64,000 bases of DNA from Eledone cirrhosa (GCA_964016885.1 OZ024744.1:107818001-107882000); one strand, 5' to 3'. Counted from the stretch's first letter, positions 1 to 13,422 are shown. Notes: generated by a model from the sequence alone, not told the origin. A program made the numbers and translations.

Positions 1-146
1 ATGACAAATTCCATGGTGCTGATGCCACAATAAAATGTCTGGGATCATATGTTGAGTCCCTGACCCACCTGGAGGTCTGAGGCTCTATTTGAGTATTGAC
101 CAGCTAGTAATGACATGCCAAACTTTTGCTAGAAAACAGATGTTAA

Positions 147-1215
147 CCCTTTAACATCCGCATTAATTTTCAAATGTCATGCTTATCTGTTCGCATTATT
201 TTGAGTTAATCATACTCAAGAGGGTTATCAATTTTATTTGTTTGTAATTTTCTTAATTTTCTATGTGCAGACTTGAAATTTTGTCAGTAGATGTTTAAAT
301 ATCAATAAGTTACAATAATATAATTTTACCTGATTTTTTTGGTCAAATTTGACTTTTATAGGCAGGTGAAATTAATTAATAGAGGCATTTGAAGTATCAA
401 CCAGGTGCATATACTAGTTTAATTTTAAATACGTTGTTTTCGGCATAATACTTGATATATAAGAATCACTAAACCTTATATCAGTGTTCCAGTAATTCCA
501 CAGTCTTGGAAATTGTTTTATACCGAATATAATATTTACGGTAAAAAATGCTTGCATTTCCGCAGCATCTGTCAGTCTCCAAACAGATCGGGTTTTCCTC
601 GATTTGAAATCTGGTGTGGGCATATCAATTAATCTCTCTGCCACAACTTCGAAGAAAGTTTGTGGTAAAAACAAAAAGAAATAATCCAGTGCTTTAGCAT
701 CGGGAGCTAATGTGTGTTGTGGACCAGTAATTTAAATAAAATCGGGAACATATATTAGTGTGGTATTTTTCAACCACGTTGCTGGAATATTTTCAATCGC
801 GCCCTGGAGTCTCCTTCGTTTTCACTATAATAATCATCGTCAGACGAAATTTCAGAAATATAAACATCAGATTCATTTGAAGATAAATCACTAATATTAT
901 CGTTTGTTTCTTGTTTATTCTGAATGTCGTCGTGTGTAAAACCTTCAAAGTCGGTATCGTTACTTTCATAAGCCATGTTGATACAAAAAAAAAAATTTGT
1001 TGCACTTTAGAAGTTAAAAAAACACTTGTTTTAAATTGTTCCACTATATTAAGTGTTAATTTTCGTGGTAAGGACCTAATCTCACAGCAGTCTCGAATTG
1101 ACGAGATTTTGATGATGGTTTGTTTATTTTTAGAACGATTTTTTAGTGTGGGCGATTTCGGGCGGTTTGTACAAATGAAGGGGAAATAATTTCAGGCGAT
1201 TTGAACACTAAAGGG
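147..1215 (-). mobile_element. Internally deleted piggyBac-like DNA transposon
   Basis: TTAA at 143-146 and 1216-1219 flank imperfect CCCTTTA termini (CCCTTTAACATCC left; reverse complement CCCTTTAGTGTTC right); transposase remnant inside. Confidence 0.8.
414..976 (-). pseudogene. piggyBac (PGBD4-like) transposase N-terminal remnant, frameshifted and truncated
   Basis: Acidic N-terminus MAYESNDTDFEGF..., then ALDYFFLFLPQ...WRLTDAAEMQAFFTVNIIFGIKQFPRLWNYWNTD...ISSIMPK, typical of piggyBac transposases. Confidence 0.8.
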
Positions 1216-1231
1216 TTAAACTATATTGATG

Positions 1232-1668
1232 ATTCCTAATGAAAGACACTACCTATGGCTTTTCAAATAGTTTTGAAAAAAATAAAGAATTTAGAGTTTT
1301 AGGAATATTAGTAACATAACTTTTTCATTATTTAGATGGTGTTTAGAACAAAGGGTCTTACATAAAATTAGGAAAGTATTTTTTTTAGATAAATATATAT
1401 CCTATAACACTTTCAATAACATCTAATGAAAGACATTGCCATTGATTTTTTAAGGAATTAGATAATCAAGAATTTGGGCAGATTCATTACTGTAACTAAC
1501 TTTTTCATTATTAAGTTGGTGATTGTATGAAAAGTTTTTATATAAAATCATGACAGAAGGTGTTTTATTAAATATAAACACTTTCAACTCTTTATACCAA
1601 CCCTGATAAAACCAGCTCAGGCTGTATGAAATAAATAGTTTTGGACATGTTGGTATCAAAAAGGTTAA
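1232..1668. mobile_element. Non-autonomous TTAA-type MITE family with internal ~190-bp duplication
   Basis: TCTAATGAAAGACAC...TAGTAACATAACTTTTTCATTATT unit occurs twice, ends AAAAGGTTAA; the same unit recurs at ~12260 and 24947-26696. Confidence 0.55.
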
Positions 1669-1700
1669 TGAAGAATTTTTATAGATTTACTAAAATTAAT

Positions 1701-2399
1701 TACCATATATACTTGAATATAAGCTGACCTCCTACTCTGAGAAATGGGCCAAATTCCAAACCCCTGTTTATAAGTTGATGCAGCTAATGAACACGTGTTT
1801 AAATAGTGTGGTTTTAAAATTTTCACGAGTCATCATCATCATTGTTTAACGTTCATCTTCCACACTAGCATGGATTAGAGTATAAAATATATTTATGAAG
1901 ATTTAATATTTTGATGCTTTGAGTGTCATTTAGAGTATAGTTTTTGTTTCACAACTTCATTACGTAATGAGTTTCCATTATAAGTTTCAACAAGTTACCT
2001 AAATCTTTCTTTACTTCCAGCCACTCACATGCTAGGAGTACTTTGAAAGCAAAAGATCGAATAAGGGAACTTTGTTTCGGGATTCATGGAGAAAAGGAGG
2101 CAGATAGTGAGGAAAAGTGAGCAAGAGCAATAAAATAAAATCAGAAGATTGAAAGTCAGAGAAAAATGTATGTGTGTTTGTGTGGTATTTTTATGTATTA
2201 AAAAGTTCAAATTATAAAAATTTCTTGGAAATATTTTCAAAGGAATGCATAAATAACACCAATGACAATGTAATAAATGTAAAAATTGCCGAAATACTGA
2301 CCTCAAATACAAGTCACACCCACCCACCCCACTCCCTCGAATTCTACCATCAATTTTGGGGGGTTATATTCCTTGGCTTCTATTTGAGTATATACAGTA
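1701..2399. mobile_element. Tc1/mariner-superfamily (pogo/Tc2-like) MITE
   Basis: Terminal inverted repeats TACCATATATACTTGAATATAAGC and GCTTCTATTTGAGTATATACAGTA with TA ends; no ORF. Confidence 0.6.
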
Positions 2400-2528
2400 T
2401 TTAATTACTAATACAATAATTTAACAGGTGGTTCCTATTTCAATAAAAAAAATTTCAACATAAATTTAAAATGGGTGGTTTTGTTTCTTAGACCCAGCAG
2501 CCAGTTTTGGCTGGGATAAAGCACTTAC

Positions 2529-2661
2529 TTTCTTTCTCTAGCTCCGAGATTTCTTCAAGATGTCCCTCCTCTTTCTCATGTCGCTCTTGTTCATCAATTG
2601 TATCTTCGAGATCTTCGTCCTCATGGTCTTCTGATTGAAACTCTTCATCACTGCCTTTTTC
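2529..2661 (-). CDS. dom: domino/EP400/SRCAP exon (acidic region); gene continues off the left edge
   Basis: Acceptor ttttaag, donor gtaagt; EKGSDEEFQSEDHEDEDLEDTIDEQERHEKEEGHLEEISELEKE; phase 0 start matches the previous exon. Confidence 0.88.
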
Positions 2662-3410
2662 CTTAAAAAGAATGAAAATAAGACATAATACTTTCTCACC
2701 ATTACACCTTTAATTCACTCATGACATACTTGTCATTCCCTCCCACCTAACGTCATTATCCATGACATCACATTAATACTTATCTCCTCCCTTCCAGCCA
2801 TACTCATAGAGCTGGTGTCACAACAAAACACACACTGTATACTCAATAGTGTTGGAATGTATATAAGCAGGATGCAGGTCCCCTACCTGTCTGAAAGGCC
2901 AATAGCTTCAATTAGGTACTGTCCAATCCCTGCTAGCAGGAGAAACGGGTGTTATATGATGATGATGACGCAGTAATAGAAGCCCCAGTGAAATAAATGT
3001 TTTCCAAACTCAGGAAGGTATCATAGAATTAATTGACAACTATTTTCACAAACATGAGCTAATTAGCAGAGGAAATGGTGGCTCTGCTTGACAAGAATAT
3101 TTCATATTACCAAATCCCACAGAAGGGATAATTTATCTAGGAATTTTTATGTTCCAAACACCACAGGAAAGTTGGTTATATTACTAAATCCAATAAATCT
3201 CTAAAAAAATCTTGTTTTCAAAATTATTTGAAATCCATAGGTAGCGTCTTTAATTAGAAATATGGTTACAAAAAAATAGCCACAACCTAATCCATGCCAG
3301 AATGAAAACTGCAAGCACAAAAACTATTAGAATAAAAAAAACAACAGCAGTTTGTCATATTTGGGTCATGCTAACCTATATTTTTATATGAGATATTATT
3401 ATATTTATAT

Positions 3411-4185
3411 TTGTTTCTGTTAAAAAACAGAAGCTCTCATCATGTGCTCCTTGATCTGTATGCACAACATCCAGACAGTACTTCCGATGTTCGAGGAGCT
3501 ACATTTTTTTACAGCAATATGCGCACATTCATAATTGTCACCATCAACAACACACAAGTGTGCATGAGAGCATATGTGGTCTATAAGGTCACATGTAAAA
3601 AATGTAGCTCCTTGTACCTGGATGCTGCACACATGGACCAAGGAGCAAATGACGATGACAGCTGCTTCTGTTAAAAAACATCTTGACAGATGACACAGTC
3701 AAGACACTAAGGACACCATAGAGTGACAGAAAGGAATATAGGCAATTTAAGAATCAAAAGAGGCAAATTTTCATCAATTGGGAAAAAAATAGATAAATAA
3801 TAGGTTGGAAATGCACAAAGCAGATTGGTAACTATAACGACTTCAGGCATGTGTATTTCAGACACATAGACCAGTTAAGAAAAAACACATTGATCATTAA
3901 TTTTGTTTTGAACTGTTTCAGCCACACATTTGAAAAGAGGGTTTATCCCTGAAATATCATGTTGAAGTATACTAGGTAAAACATTACTTTGTTCTGTTTT
4001 ATTTGTCATTTGCTCTTTGTATATTCCTACTACATTGTACCAGCTTTTTTCAAAATTAACAGCTTGTACACGAACTGTATAAAACATTCTTATATTACAA
4101 CCCAACATGATATGCTAACAGAGGATACAGACAATATGCAGATGATATACATCATGATGTGGTAGCTAAGAACAATCAAACTTTA

Positions 4186-4190
<5 letters not shown>
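3411..4190. mobile_element. Decayed Penelope-like remnant containing an ~85-bp inverted duplication
   Basis: CMRAYVVYKVTCKKCSSLYL resembles a GIY-YIG N-terminus; 3426-3513 is inverted versus 3592-3672; 4130-4175 resembles the 3' flank of the PLE at 33645-33685. Confidence 0.4.
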
Positions 4191-4232
<42 letters not shown>

Positions 4233-4238
<6 letters not shown>

Positions 4239-4423
4239 GGAAAATGAAAAATCAGTGATGCATCAGAACTCAATTTATTGTGTGTTACAATTGTTTCCCC
4301 GGAGAACAGCTCGAGGTGTGATCCATGCACAGATCGCACCTCAAGCTGTTCATCGGGGAAACAATTGTAACACACAATAAACTGAGTTCCGATGCATCAC
4401 TGATTTTTCGTTTTCCATTCTAT
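4233..4423. repeat. Near-perfect foldback (two ~87-bp arms, 8-nt loop) carrying the 3' half of a minimal hammerhead
   Basis: Arms are reverse complements with about 7 mismatches around loop CATGCACA; GAAACAATTGTA at 4358-4369. Confidence 0.85.
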
Positions 4424-4495
4424 AATACTCTGCTCCGTAGGAGCATAGAGTGCTCAACCGGCATACCGCTTATGGAAGCATCTTAGCTACCATTA

Positions 4496-4566
<71 letters not shown>

Positions 4567-4624
4567 TTGTACCTGTTCCAGCCATCTGGCTGAAGCCATG
4601 CTGGGGCACCGACCTTGTGGCATT

Positions 4625-4965
4625 CCATATATTACACACGTGCGTAATCTGGGGAGAAATGAAGCAACCATGCTCTGTTGGATGTGCGATGTAATTGTGA
4701 GAGATAGGCAGGGGTTGAACGAGCTAAGGGAAAAATTGGGTTTAAGAGGAATCCAAAATGGTGTGCAGGAGAGAAGGCTACATTGGTTTGGACATGTGAT
4801 GCACATGGACAATAATCATTGGGTAAAGTGCCAGGAAATGCCAGTGTAAGGAAGTCCCGGTAGAGGTAAACCGATAAAGAACTTGGCAGAGGTTGTGAGA
4901 TCTGACTTCAAATCAGTGTAACTTACAGAGGTAATGACAAAGAGGATGTAAAAACGATGATGATG
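4625..4965 (+). mobile_element. RTE LINE 3' fragment
   Basis: RNEATMLCWMC...ERRLHWFGHVMHM; ends in a (GAT)n tail. Confidence 0.8.
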
Positions 4966-4974
4966 ATATATATG

Positions 4975-7095
4975 TAAGACAATTAAGGCCAAAAGAAAGG
5001 CTTGGAAAAACTTGGAGGAATGGGGGATGTAGGACACACTATGTGGAAGCCAGGAGGGAGGAAAGCTAAGTGACAAGTATACACTGCAAGGATGGAAGCA
5101 GGAGATAAAATATTTAAGCATGTTTTTCACCGTGAAGGCCAGTGGCATGAGGTGTTTAGGATTGTGATGTAGTGTGTCAGAGAAAATTGTGATGTTAGGG
5201 AGAAGTGTGTTCGAGATGATAAAGGTACATTCGCTCTGGCAGACAGTAAAAAAAAAGTGGCATGGAAGAACAATTACGAAAGATTACAAAATGAAGAGAA
5301 TGTAGGCGCAGTATGGCTGTGTGGTTTAGAAGTTCGCTTCTAAAGCATGTAGTCTAGGGTATAGGAGGAAAATAGTTTGCCCCAAGTAGACCCAACAGAG
5401 GGTCCAGCCATACAAGTAATCAGCAGTATAGTAAGGCAATTAAGGATATGAAGACGGGGAAAACAGCTGGTCCATCAGGGATAGTCGCTGAGATACTGAA
5501 AGCATCTGGGGCAGTGGGTTACACTTTAACTACTCATATTGTAAACCAGGTAATAACATATGGTGTCATACCAAATGATTGGTGTAGCAGCATCATTGTC
5601 AAGGGTAAAGGAGATGCACTAAATAGAGGAAACTATAGAGACATCAAGTTGATGGACCAGTTCTTAGAGTAGATGATTGGCTTGTGAAGACTGTATAAAC
5701 CATGTATACAGAAGCAGACAGCAAGGGTAGGATTAACAATGACTTTGATCAAGAATTTAACAGAGAAGTAGGTGTTCACCAGGGATCTGTTCTTAGCCCC
5801 CTCTTGTTTATTATCATGCTGCAGACTATAACAGAGGAGTTTAAGGCTGGTTGCCCATGGGAACACCTGTATGCAGATGATCTAACACTTACAGCTGAAT
5901 CTATGGCAGAATTAGAGAAGAAATTCCTAATCTGGAAGCATGGCCTAGAAACGAAAAGTCGTAAAGTCAACATAACAAAGACTAAAATCCTAGTAAGTAG
6001 AAGGAAAAACAGGGCCTTGATCCCCTCAGAAAAATGGCATTGCCCAGTATGTAGGAAAGGTGTAGGTAGAAATTCCATCCTCTGTCACAAATGTAAACTA
6101 TGGGTACATAAGATTAGTGGGATCTCAGGTAAGTTAGCCAAGAACATAGGTTTTTACATATAGGCGTTGCACTGGGACAGTAAGCAGCAAACGACCACAG
6201 GAAACAAGCACTCCCAAATTCTTAGAGGATTCCATAGAAGCAGCACATAGCTGCTACATGGGTGACCAAATTAACAGCAGAGGTGGGTGTTCCGGAAGTA
6301 CAGTAGCAAGCCAACATGATGGGAAAAGTTCAGGGAGCTCCTACTGCTGCTAGCTACTAAAGGTTTTTCCCTCAAAACAAAGGACAGACTGTATGATGCG
6401 TGTATATAAACAGCAACGTTGCATGGCAGTGAGGTCGGAGCACAGTGTGCAGAGGAGCTACAAAATTTAATGCGTAATAGTAAAATATATGATTGGTAAA
6501 GCATAAACGAACTGGGCATATCAGGGAGAGGAGATTGCATAGAGACATGTGATGTGTATGAAGGATGACAGCTGTATAAAAAGGTGCAGAGCACCCAAAA
6601 TTGATGGAAGCTATGAAGTAGGAAAATATATGAAGACTTGGGAAAAGGTGATAAAAGCTGACCTTGCTCAATTGCACCTCTTAAAGGCAATGACACAAGA
6701 CTGAGATCTCTGGTGTTATGCAGGAATACAGAAAATCCACCTTCCTATGAGCACAGGTTGAAGCATACATCTAATATGCACCACCTTTACCTCAATCCCT
6801 CTTCCATATACCTTCCGTGCTAACATATGTCCCTAGATTTACCTCCCCAATCCCCAGCCCTACCCCCTCCACCCAAGTCCACACTGTAAAGTGGTCGTGT
6901 AGGTGTCACGACAAAAAGCACTCAGTACATACTGTAAATGTGGTTGGTGTTAGGAAGGGTGCCCAGCCATGGAAACCAAGTGAAAATTAGTTCTGTGTGA
7001 ACAAGAGTCATCAGACCTGGCTTGTCTCACAACGGGACAACTTGTGTAACCTATGCTAACGTGGAAAATTGGACTTAAACGGTGAAGATGATGAT
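4975..7095 (+). mobile_element. Degenerate PHD-RT RTE LINE (RT, PHD, 3' UTR)
   Basis: KTAGPSGIVAEILK, VGVHQGSVLSPLLF, LYADD, CPVC..CHKC..H; many stops and frameshifts; 3' UTR and GAT tail. Confidence 0.88.
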
Positions 7096-7107
7096 TGCCA
7101 TTATTAT

Positions 7108-7330
7108 AGGGTGGTGGATTGGCAGTATCGGTAGAGTCGGATGCCATGCTTTCCAGCATAGAGTTGCGTCCTATTATGGACTGAGTTCAAATCCCGCTGA
7201 GGTTAACTTTGCCTTTCATCCTTACGGGGTCAATAAAATAAAGTACCAGTAATGTACTGGTTAATTGATGGCCTTGTGCCAAAAGTAGAAACAATTATTA
7301 TTATTACTATTATTGTTATTTTTGTTACTG
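7108..7330 (+). mobile_element. tRNA-head SINE with Nin/Deu-like central box; partial copies at 13920-14020 (+), 46070-46180 (-), 50790-50990 (-)
   Basis: B-box GAGTTCAAATCCC, core GAGGTTAACTTTGCCTTTCATCC..GGGGTC.ATAAAATAAAGTACCAG, (ATT)n tail. Confidence 0.7.
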
Positions 7331-9274
7331 TTATCATTATTATTATTTTTTTATAGTATTAATACCTTCAGTATCTTTATATTTAATATTACTTCAATTA
7401 ATATTTTCCATATATGGTAGTTGGAAAATATTCGCTATTCTAAAAAGAAAATTAGACACCTAATTTTTCCATAGCAAGAATTTGTTCTTCTCTTAATGAT
7501 GTAATTCTCCTTCCATACATTTCGCCACATATCAAGAGAACATGTTCATGCACAACCATTACAGCTTTCTATTTTCCAAAGGTAATATATAGTCATAATT
7601 TTTTCAAAATATTTACATGTGCATCCACAGACAGACATTTCCCACACAACACCATTTGTTCCAAATAAGTAACATAGTGTGTCCACTCTGATATAGAAAT
7701 TTGTATTTACAAAATATGATTTCTGTAAAACCAAGGATTGAGTGATAAATGGCAATCTTGGACAAATTCTATTTGCCTGGTTCATTAAAATTAATATATA
7801 TCATCACCATCATTTTCCATGTTAGCATGGGTTAGACTGTATAGGAGCAGGATACAGTCACCTGACCCAACTTGCCTCAAATGGGACAACCCGTCTAACC
7901 CATGCTAGCATGGAAGGAGGACGTTAAATGATGATGATGATTATCTATATATATCAAAATAGGAAGACAACAGATTAATTAGTAAGTAACTAAGCATCAA
8001 TAATATTCCTTTTCGTAACTAAGCATCAATAATATTCCTTTTCAATCCTTTGATTCAGCTCTGCTGAAGATAAACAGCAATATTGATATCCATAGATTGA
8101 CAGCTTATTGAATTTAAAATGTCATGAAGACACCACATTTACTTGTTTCTCAAAAGGCAATCTATAGAGACATCTAATTCTATTTCTTTCCCGAGTTTGT
8201 TTACTGATCACCAATGAAAACTACATGCACACCATCATCATCGTTTAACATCCTTTTCATGCTAGCATAGTTTGAAGGGATTTCATCACAATCATATAAC
8301 AACACACATACATAAACAGGTTTCTGTCATTAGATAGTGGCTATGCTGGATAGTGCCTTGATTTAGTGGATCATATTTACCTCAGTAATTATTATCTTTT
8401 TCAAGTCTAGTATTTATTTTATCAATCGCTCTATTTCTTGAACTGCTAAGATACAAGAAACGAACAGACACAAACACTCACATGCATTGGGATAAATTGA
8501 TGATTGCAAGTACAAACTCTCTCTTCGATAGAAGTCACTTCCCATACTCAGAGACAAGACAATTTAGAGGAGGCCATGGAAAGTGAAGGAACCCTTCATT
8601 GGAGTTACATTCAGGGATGCATTGCTTAACACAATGACTAAGGAATAGGAGGTACAACATACAGCAGCTGTGCTTCCTGAGAAATAACTTGCTGAAGGCC
8701 ACGGACTACACCTGTGGTTGGAGCTAGATCCCAAGAAGAGAGTAGATAACAGAGCGGTGGAGAAATGTTGATGCCATTATAAAATGCTCCCTGTACAATG
8801 CTTTAAAGTGGTTGGCATTAGAAAGGACATTTAATCATAAAATTAAACAAGACAAAAATAGAATGGATGAGCAAGATGTGGTCACCTAACAGATCAAACT
8901 TCAGTATATGGCAAACCATATAACCTCTGTAAGATTAGAAAATAAACGTTAAACAGTAGTGATGATGATATATATCGTTTTTTATATACTGGCTTGGGTT
9001 AGACAGGGCTTTTTTGAGGCAGTGTTTTACAACTAGATATCCTTTGTGATATTGAATCTAAGAGATGCTTCTTACGATACACAGGAATATAATATACCTA
9101 TCCTAAACTGACATATTCCTGCAGTTTCCATCTATCAGATTCCACTTACCAACACTAACATGATCATAAAACAATGTCTTAAAAAGTACCTCATGACAGG
9201 TCTAATGACTGAAGCCAGTAAAAAAAAAAGTAAAAGTAATTTGATACAGTAGAGGGCAAAAAAGAATTAATTAC

Positions 9275-9418
9275 CTCAGAATCGGAGCTATCTTTAGCCT
9301 TTTCTTCAGGTTGAATGTCTGCTGTCGTCTCCAAGATTTCTTCCCGGAGGTTCTTTAGCAGTTCTTCCAATGGGACATGACCTTCTTTTTGTAAGAGAGC
9401 AACCTCATCTTGGATTGA
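9275..9418 (-). CDS. dom: domino exon (EVALLQKEGHVPLEELL motif)
   Basis: ttttcag acceptor and gtaatt donor; 144 nt, phase 0-0; motif typical of SRCAP/domino/Swr1. Confidence 0.92.
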
Positions 9419-9481
9419 CTGAAAATATCAACCATAATAATACTCTATGTGTGCTTGTATATATGTATTTATATATATTTT

Positions 9482-9540
<59 letters not shown>

Positions 9541-9544
9541 TGCC

Positions 9545-9935
9545 AATAAAAATACATGCACCTGTTGGTTGGTTTGATAACCGGATGGTTGTTTATATAT
9601 TGTCAAAGCTCTTTTGTTACACATTCTGTGATTTCCTCAGTAACTGAGGTTTTTTTTTTTTTTGTCAGAGTTCTCCTTCAAAAAAGGACAAAGAAAACTT
9701 TCCCCTTTACTTCCTTCTTTTTGGGGGGTGGGTGGGTTGGTGGGGGTGACTCTCCTAATTTCCTTCACACCTTGACAGGTCTTGTTATTCATCCTGCAGG
9801 GTATCCAAAAATCACCCTCCTCCCTCTTCACCAAGCAAGCTTGGAATTGCCAGTTCATTAACCGACGATCTGACCATACAACAGGCTGTACTGGTTACAT
9901 GTTACCAGTATTGCTCAAGAGCAACCTGACATAAC
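9545..9935 (-). mobile_element. Non-autonomous retroelement with a structured 5' head (family also at 31675 and 36984)
   Basis: Reverse complement TGTCAGGTTGCTCTTGAGCAATACTGGTAACATGTAACCAGTACAGCCTG matches the other copies. Confidence 0.55.
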
Positions 9936-10356
9936 AGCGGAACTGTATGTATGTTGTTTATGTATGAACTAATTCTTTCTTTTATGTAAATGCTTCTATT
10001 ATTTATATAATATATATATACATAGATATATATATATACATATATATAAATAAATATATATATATATATTTATTTATATAAGATCAAAAGATGGTTAAAT
10101 GAGTTCCATATATTTATTTATATATATATATATATAATTAGCAGAACAAAACAATGACTAGATCACAATTTAAAATATGACAAGACTAATATATGTTTAT
10201 CACATATAAACATATTGTATATGTTTCCATATACACTTCTATCATGGATCATGCTGTTAGTGTTGCTGCTAATGAAGTATATAAAAATACAGGTACTTAG
10301 ATGGAGAATCGACAGATGAGATAGTGATACGTGAATGGATAGATATATAAATATAC

Positions 10357-10965
10357 TAGCTGAGGTACCCAGCTTTGCCCGGGAGAACGTTAAGAGAGAC
10401 ATAAAAAAAACAATCATGAAACTTCCTTATTAGGCTTGGGGAGTAAACTGCCGATTAAATGGTAGCCTTGGATTTTAAATGTGAAATAACCATAGTCAGT
10501 ATGGTCTTTTTCAGTGCCAAAGGACGTCATCTGAAACACAGCAATATACCACATAACATTGCTTTTGAAGTGTTGCTTCGTTAAGTAGTTTATGGACTGT
10601 AAGTAGTTTATGGATTAAAGCTGGAGGGTAGATGAATTTCAAATAATATCAATTTTTCTTTGTTCTCTAAAATCAAAGAATGTAAAACTACTTAATAAAA
10701 GCTAACGCAATATTGTTAAACCTTGAACTGATATCTTTTGATGTATAGTTTAAGCCAATTCTAGACTTTCGTGGGATGTCACTCTCTCTCTGAATATCTA
10801 ACACTTTAATTGTATCTCTCTCTGTATAACGGCCTATCTCTCCCTTTCTGCCTCTGCGTCCTACTCTCTCTCTCTCTTTAGATGTGTGAGGGGGGGGGGG
10901 GGGGGGTCATGTGAGTCAACCAACCAACTAATAAACATCTCTCTTTTATATTAAAGACAGATAGA
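10357..10965 (-). mobile_element. Non-autonomous Helitron-like element, inverted partner of 11063-11700
   Basis: Reverse complement of the 11063-11700 copy over ~600 bp; 3' GC hairpin followed by CTAG-T. Confidence 0.7.
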
Positions 10966-11062
10966 TAGCACCTAGAACATGGTTAAGTGGTAGTGTAATA
11001 CTACAATAAAATGTACCCAGTACACTCTGGAAAGTAGTTTAAAGGTCATTTAACCACAAAAT

Positions 11063-11700
11063 ATCTATATATAATATAAAAGATGTTTATTGGTTGGATG
11101 GTTGGATCACACGAAAACCACACACACACACACACACACACACATCTAAAAAGAGAGAGGCAGAGATAGGCTGTTATACAGAGAGAGATACTATTAAAGT
11201 GTTAGATATTCAGAGAGTGAAACGTCCCATGAAAGTCTAGAACGACTTAAACTATAGATCAAAAGATATCAGTTCAAGGTTTAACAATATTGCGTTAGCT
11301 TTTATAAAGTTGTTTTACAGTCTTTGATTTTACAGAACAAAGAAAAATTGATACTATTTGAAATTAATCTACCCTCCAGCTTTAATCCATAATCTACTTC
11401 AAAAGCATTGTTATGCGGTATATTGCTGTGTTTCAGATGACGTCCTTTGGAGCTGAAAAAGATCATACTGACTATGGTTATTTCACATTTAAAATCCAAG
11501 GCTACAATTTAATTGGCAGTTTACTCCCCTAGCCTAATAAGGAAGTTTCATGATTGTTTTTTTTTTTTTATGTCTCTCTCTCACACACTCACCCACATTA
11601 CGGTGTCACCTCATACCAGACAACACATCCAATACACTCATTCTCTTTTATCAGTCTTCTCTTAACTGTTCTCCCGGGTCAAGCCGGGTACCTCAACTAG
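11063..11700 (+). mobile_element. Non-autonomous Helitron-like element
   Basis: Starts A-TCTATATAT, ends CCCGGGTCAAGCCGGG hairpin then CTAG-T; no TSD. Confidence 0.72.
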
Positions 11701-11825
11701 TATTACATATGGAACACATGAGCAAAATGTGATCATTTGACCTGCCTAATCTTAGAGTGATAACCAGTCCAATTCATGCCAGCGTGGAAAGCAGATATAA
11801 AATGATGATGATAATGATGACATAC

Positions 11826-11905
11826 CTCATTACAACTTGTTTCTCTTTCTTCTTTATCGATTGTCTCTTCATCATCACTTTCACTCTGATCTGGTTCAAA
11901 GTCAT
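11826..11905 (-). CDS. dom: domino exon (DDFEPDQSESDDEETIDKEE)
   Basis: tttacag acceptor and gtatgt donor; phase 1-0 consistent with neighbours; DDEETI motif conserved in SRCAP/domino. Confidence 0.93.
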
Positions 11906-12469
11906 CTGTAAACAGTAAAAAGAAAACATTTAACTCAATGTAATGTACAGCACAGAACCACATTAGCAGAACATTCTTAAAAAGCTCAAAACAGTGCTAT
12001 GATTTTACATTAAATATTAAAATATTTACTAATATTGTAAATGTTCACTAGAATATATCCACTAATATGGATAAACATTTGAATTAACAAAGCACATGAA
12101 ACCACAATAGCAAGTCATTTTTGAAAAATATAAAACTATGATTACATCACATTAAATATTGTAAATTTTTCACAATCTGTCTACTACTATAAGCATTTAA
12201 GTTAACAAACCTGCTTTATATTTTTCAACTAAAATATTTTTCAACTAAAATATTCATTCCTACATTTCTAATGAAAGACATGCTTATGGTTTTCATAAAA
12301 TTTTGAAATTTGGAAGCATTTAGTAATATAACTAACTTTCATATCATTATGGTGGTGTTTGGGACATAAACTGTCCTTATTCAAATGATGATCGCCTAGA
12401 TTATCATGTCTCTGTCAAGTTGTGGCAACCAGATAAATAAGTACAATATAAAAAGTAAAATATGCTTAC

Positions 12470-12692
12470 CATCTCCACTGGCACTAGAGTGGTCAGGGGT
12501 ACTTGGCAGGGAGCCACCTACAGAAGCAATGCTCACTACAGAAGCAATGCTCCTCCCCGCATCGGACTTTGCAAGGCTCTCTGTGAGCCACGAAGAATAC
12601 TTCTCCGTCTGGTCTACGATGAAGTTGAGGTGTATATCAAGGGCCTTCCGCCGTTTTTCTTCCAGACGCGTCTGTTGCTTATATTGAACCAC
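12470..12692 (-). CDS. dom: domino exon (post-HSA helix)
   Basis: VVQYKQQTRLEEKRRKALDIHLNFIVDQTEKYSSWL; ttttcag and gtaagc splice sites. Confidence 0.96.
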
Positions 12693-13201
12693 CTGAAAAT
12701 TTAACAAATTGCATCAAAACATATGTGCTAGTAAATTACCCGATCATCATTTTTTTTTTTTCTTTTGAAGAAGCTGCAACACATCTTGGAGTAGCAGTCA
12801 CTCTACTTAAATAAGAGGGGACCCCATTTCTAGGGTTGGATGCCTTTCCTATCACCAACCACTATGTATAGTGGGTGCATTTATCAAGTAGATCAACACT
12901 AGAGAGGCTGTCATGCCCTTGATACAAGGGGAGTGAAAGTGGTCAACACCCACCCTAGAGCCCCATGTCAATATTTTCCTGCATCACAAACATAACAGAG
13001 GTTATAAATACGTCTATACATAAACAGCAATAAATCATGAAATCGATCATATTGAAACAAGTATCTACATACAGCCAAGGTCATAACCAACACACCTATA
13101 TACATCAATGAAGTACAATGTTGTACATAGGAAAATCAGTACCCTCACTTTTGGGACAAACCGTGTGTGTGTGTATATATATATATATGACACACTACTG
13201 A

Positions 13202-13251
<50 letters not shown>

Positions 13252-13422
13252 CACACTACTGATGATGTGTACATATATGAATTCAGAATGTAAAAGTATA
13301 TGTATACACATCTCCACACATTCATGATACTGATGATGATGATGTTGACAGTATTGATTATGTGACTGAATGCTGCTAATGTTGATGGTGAAGATAATAT
13401 AAAAAATATAAAAACAAAATAC

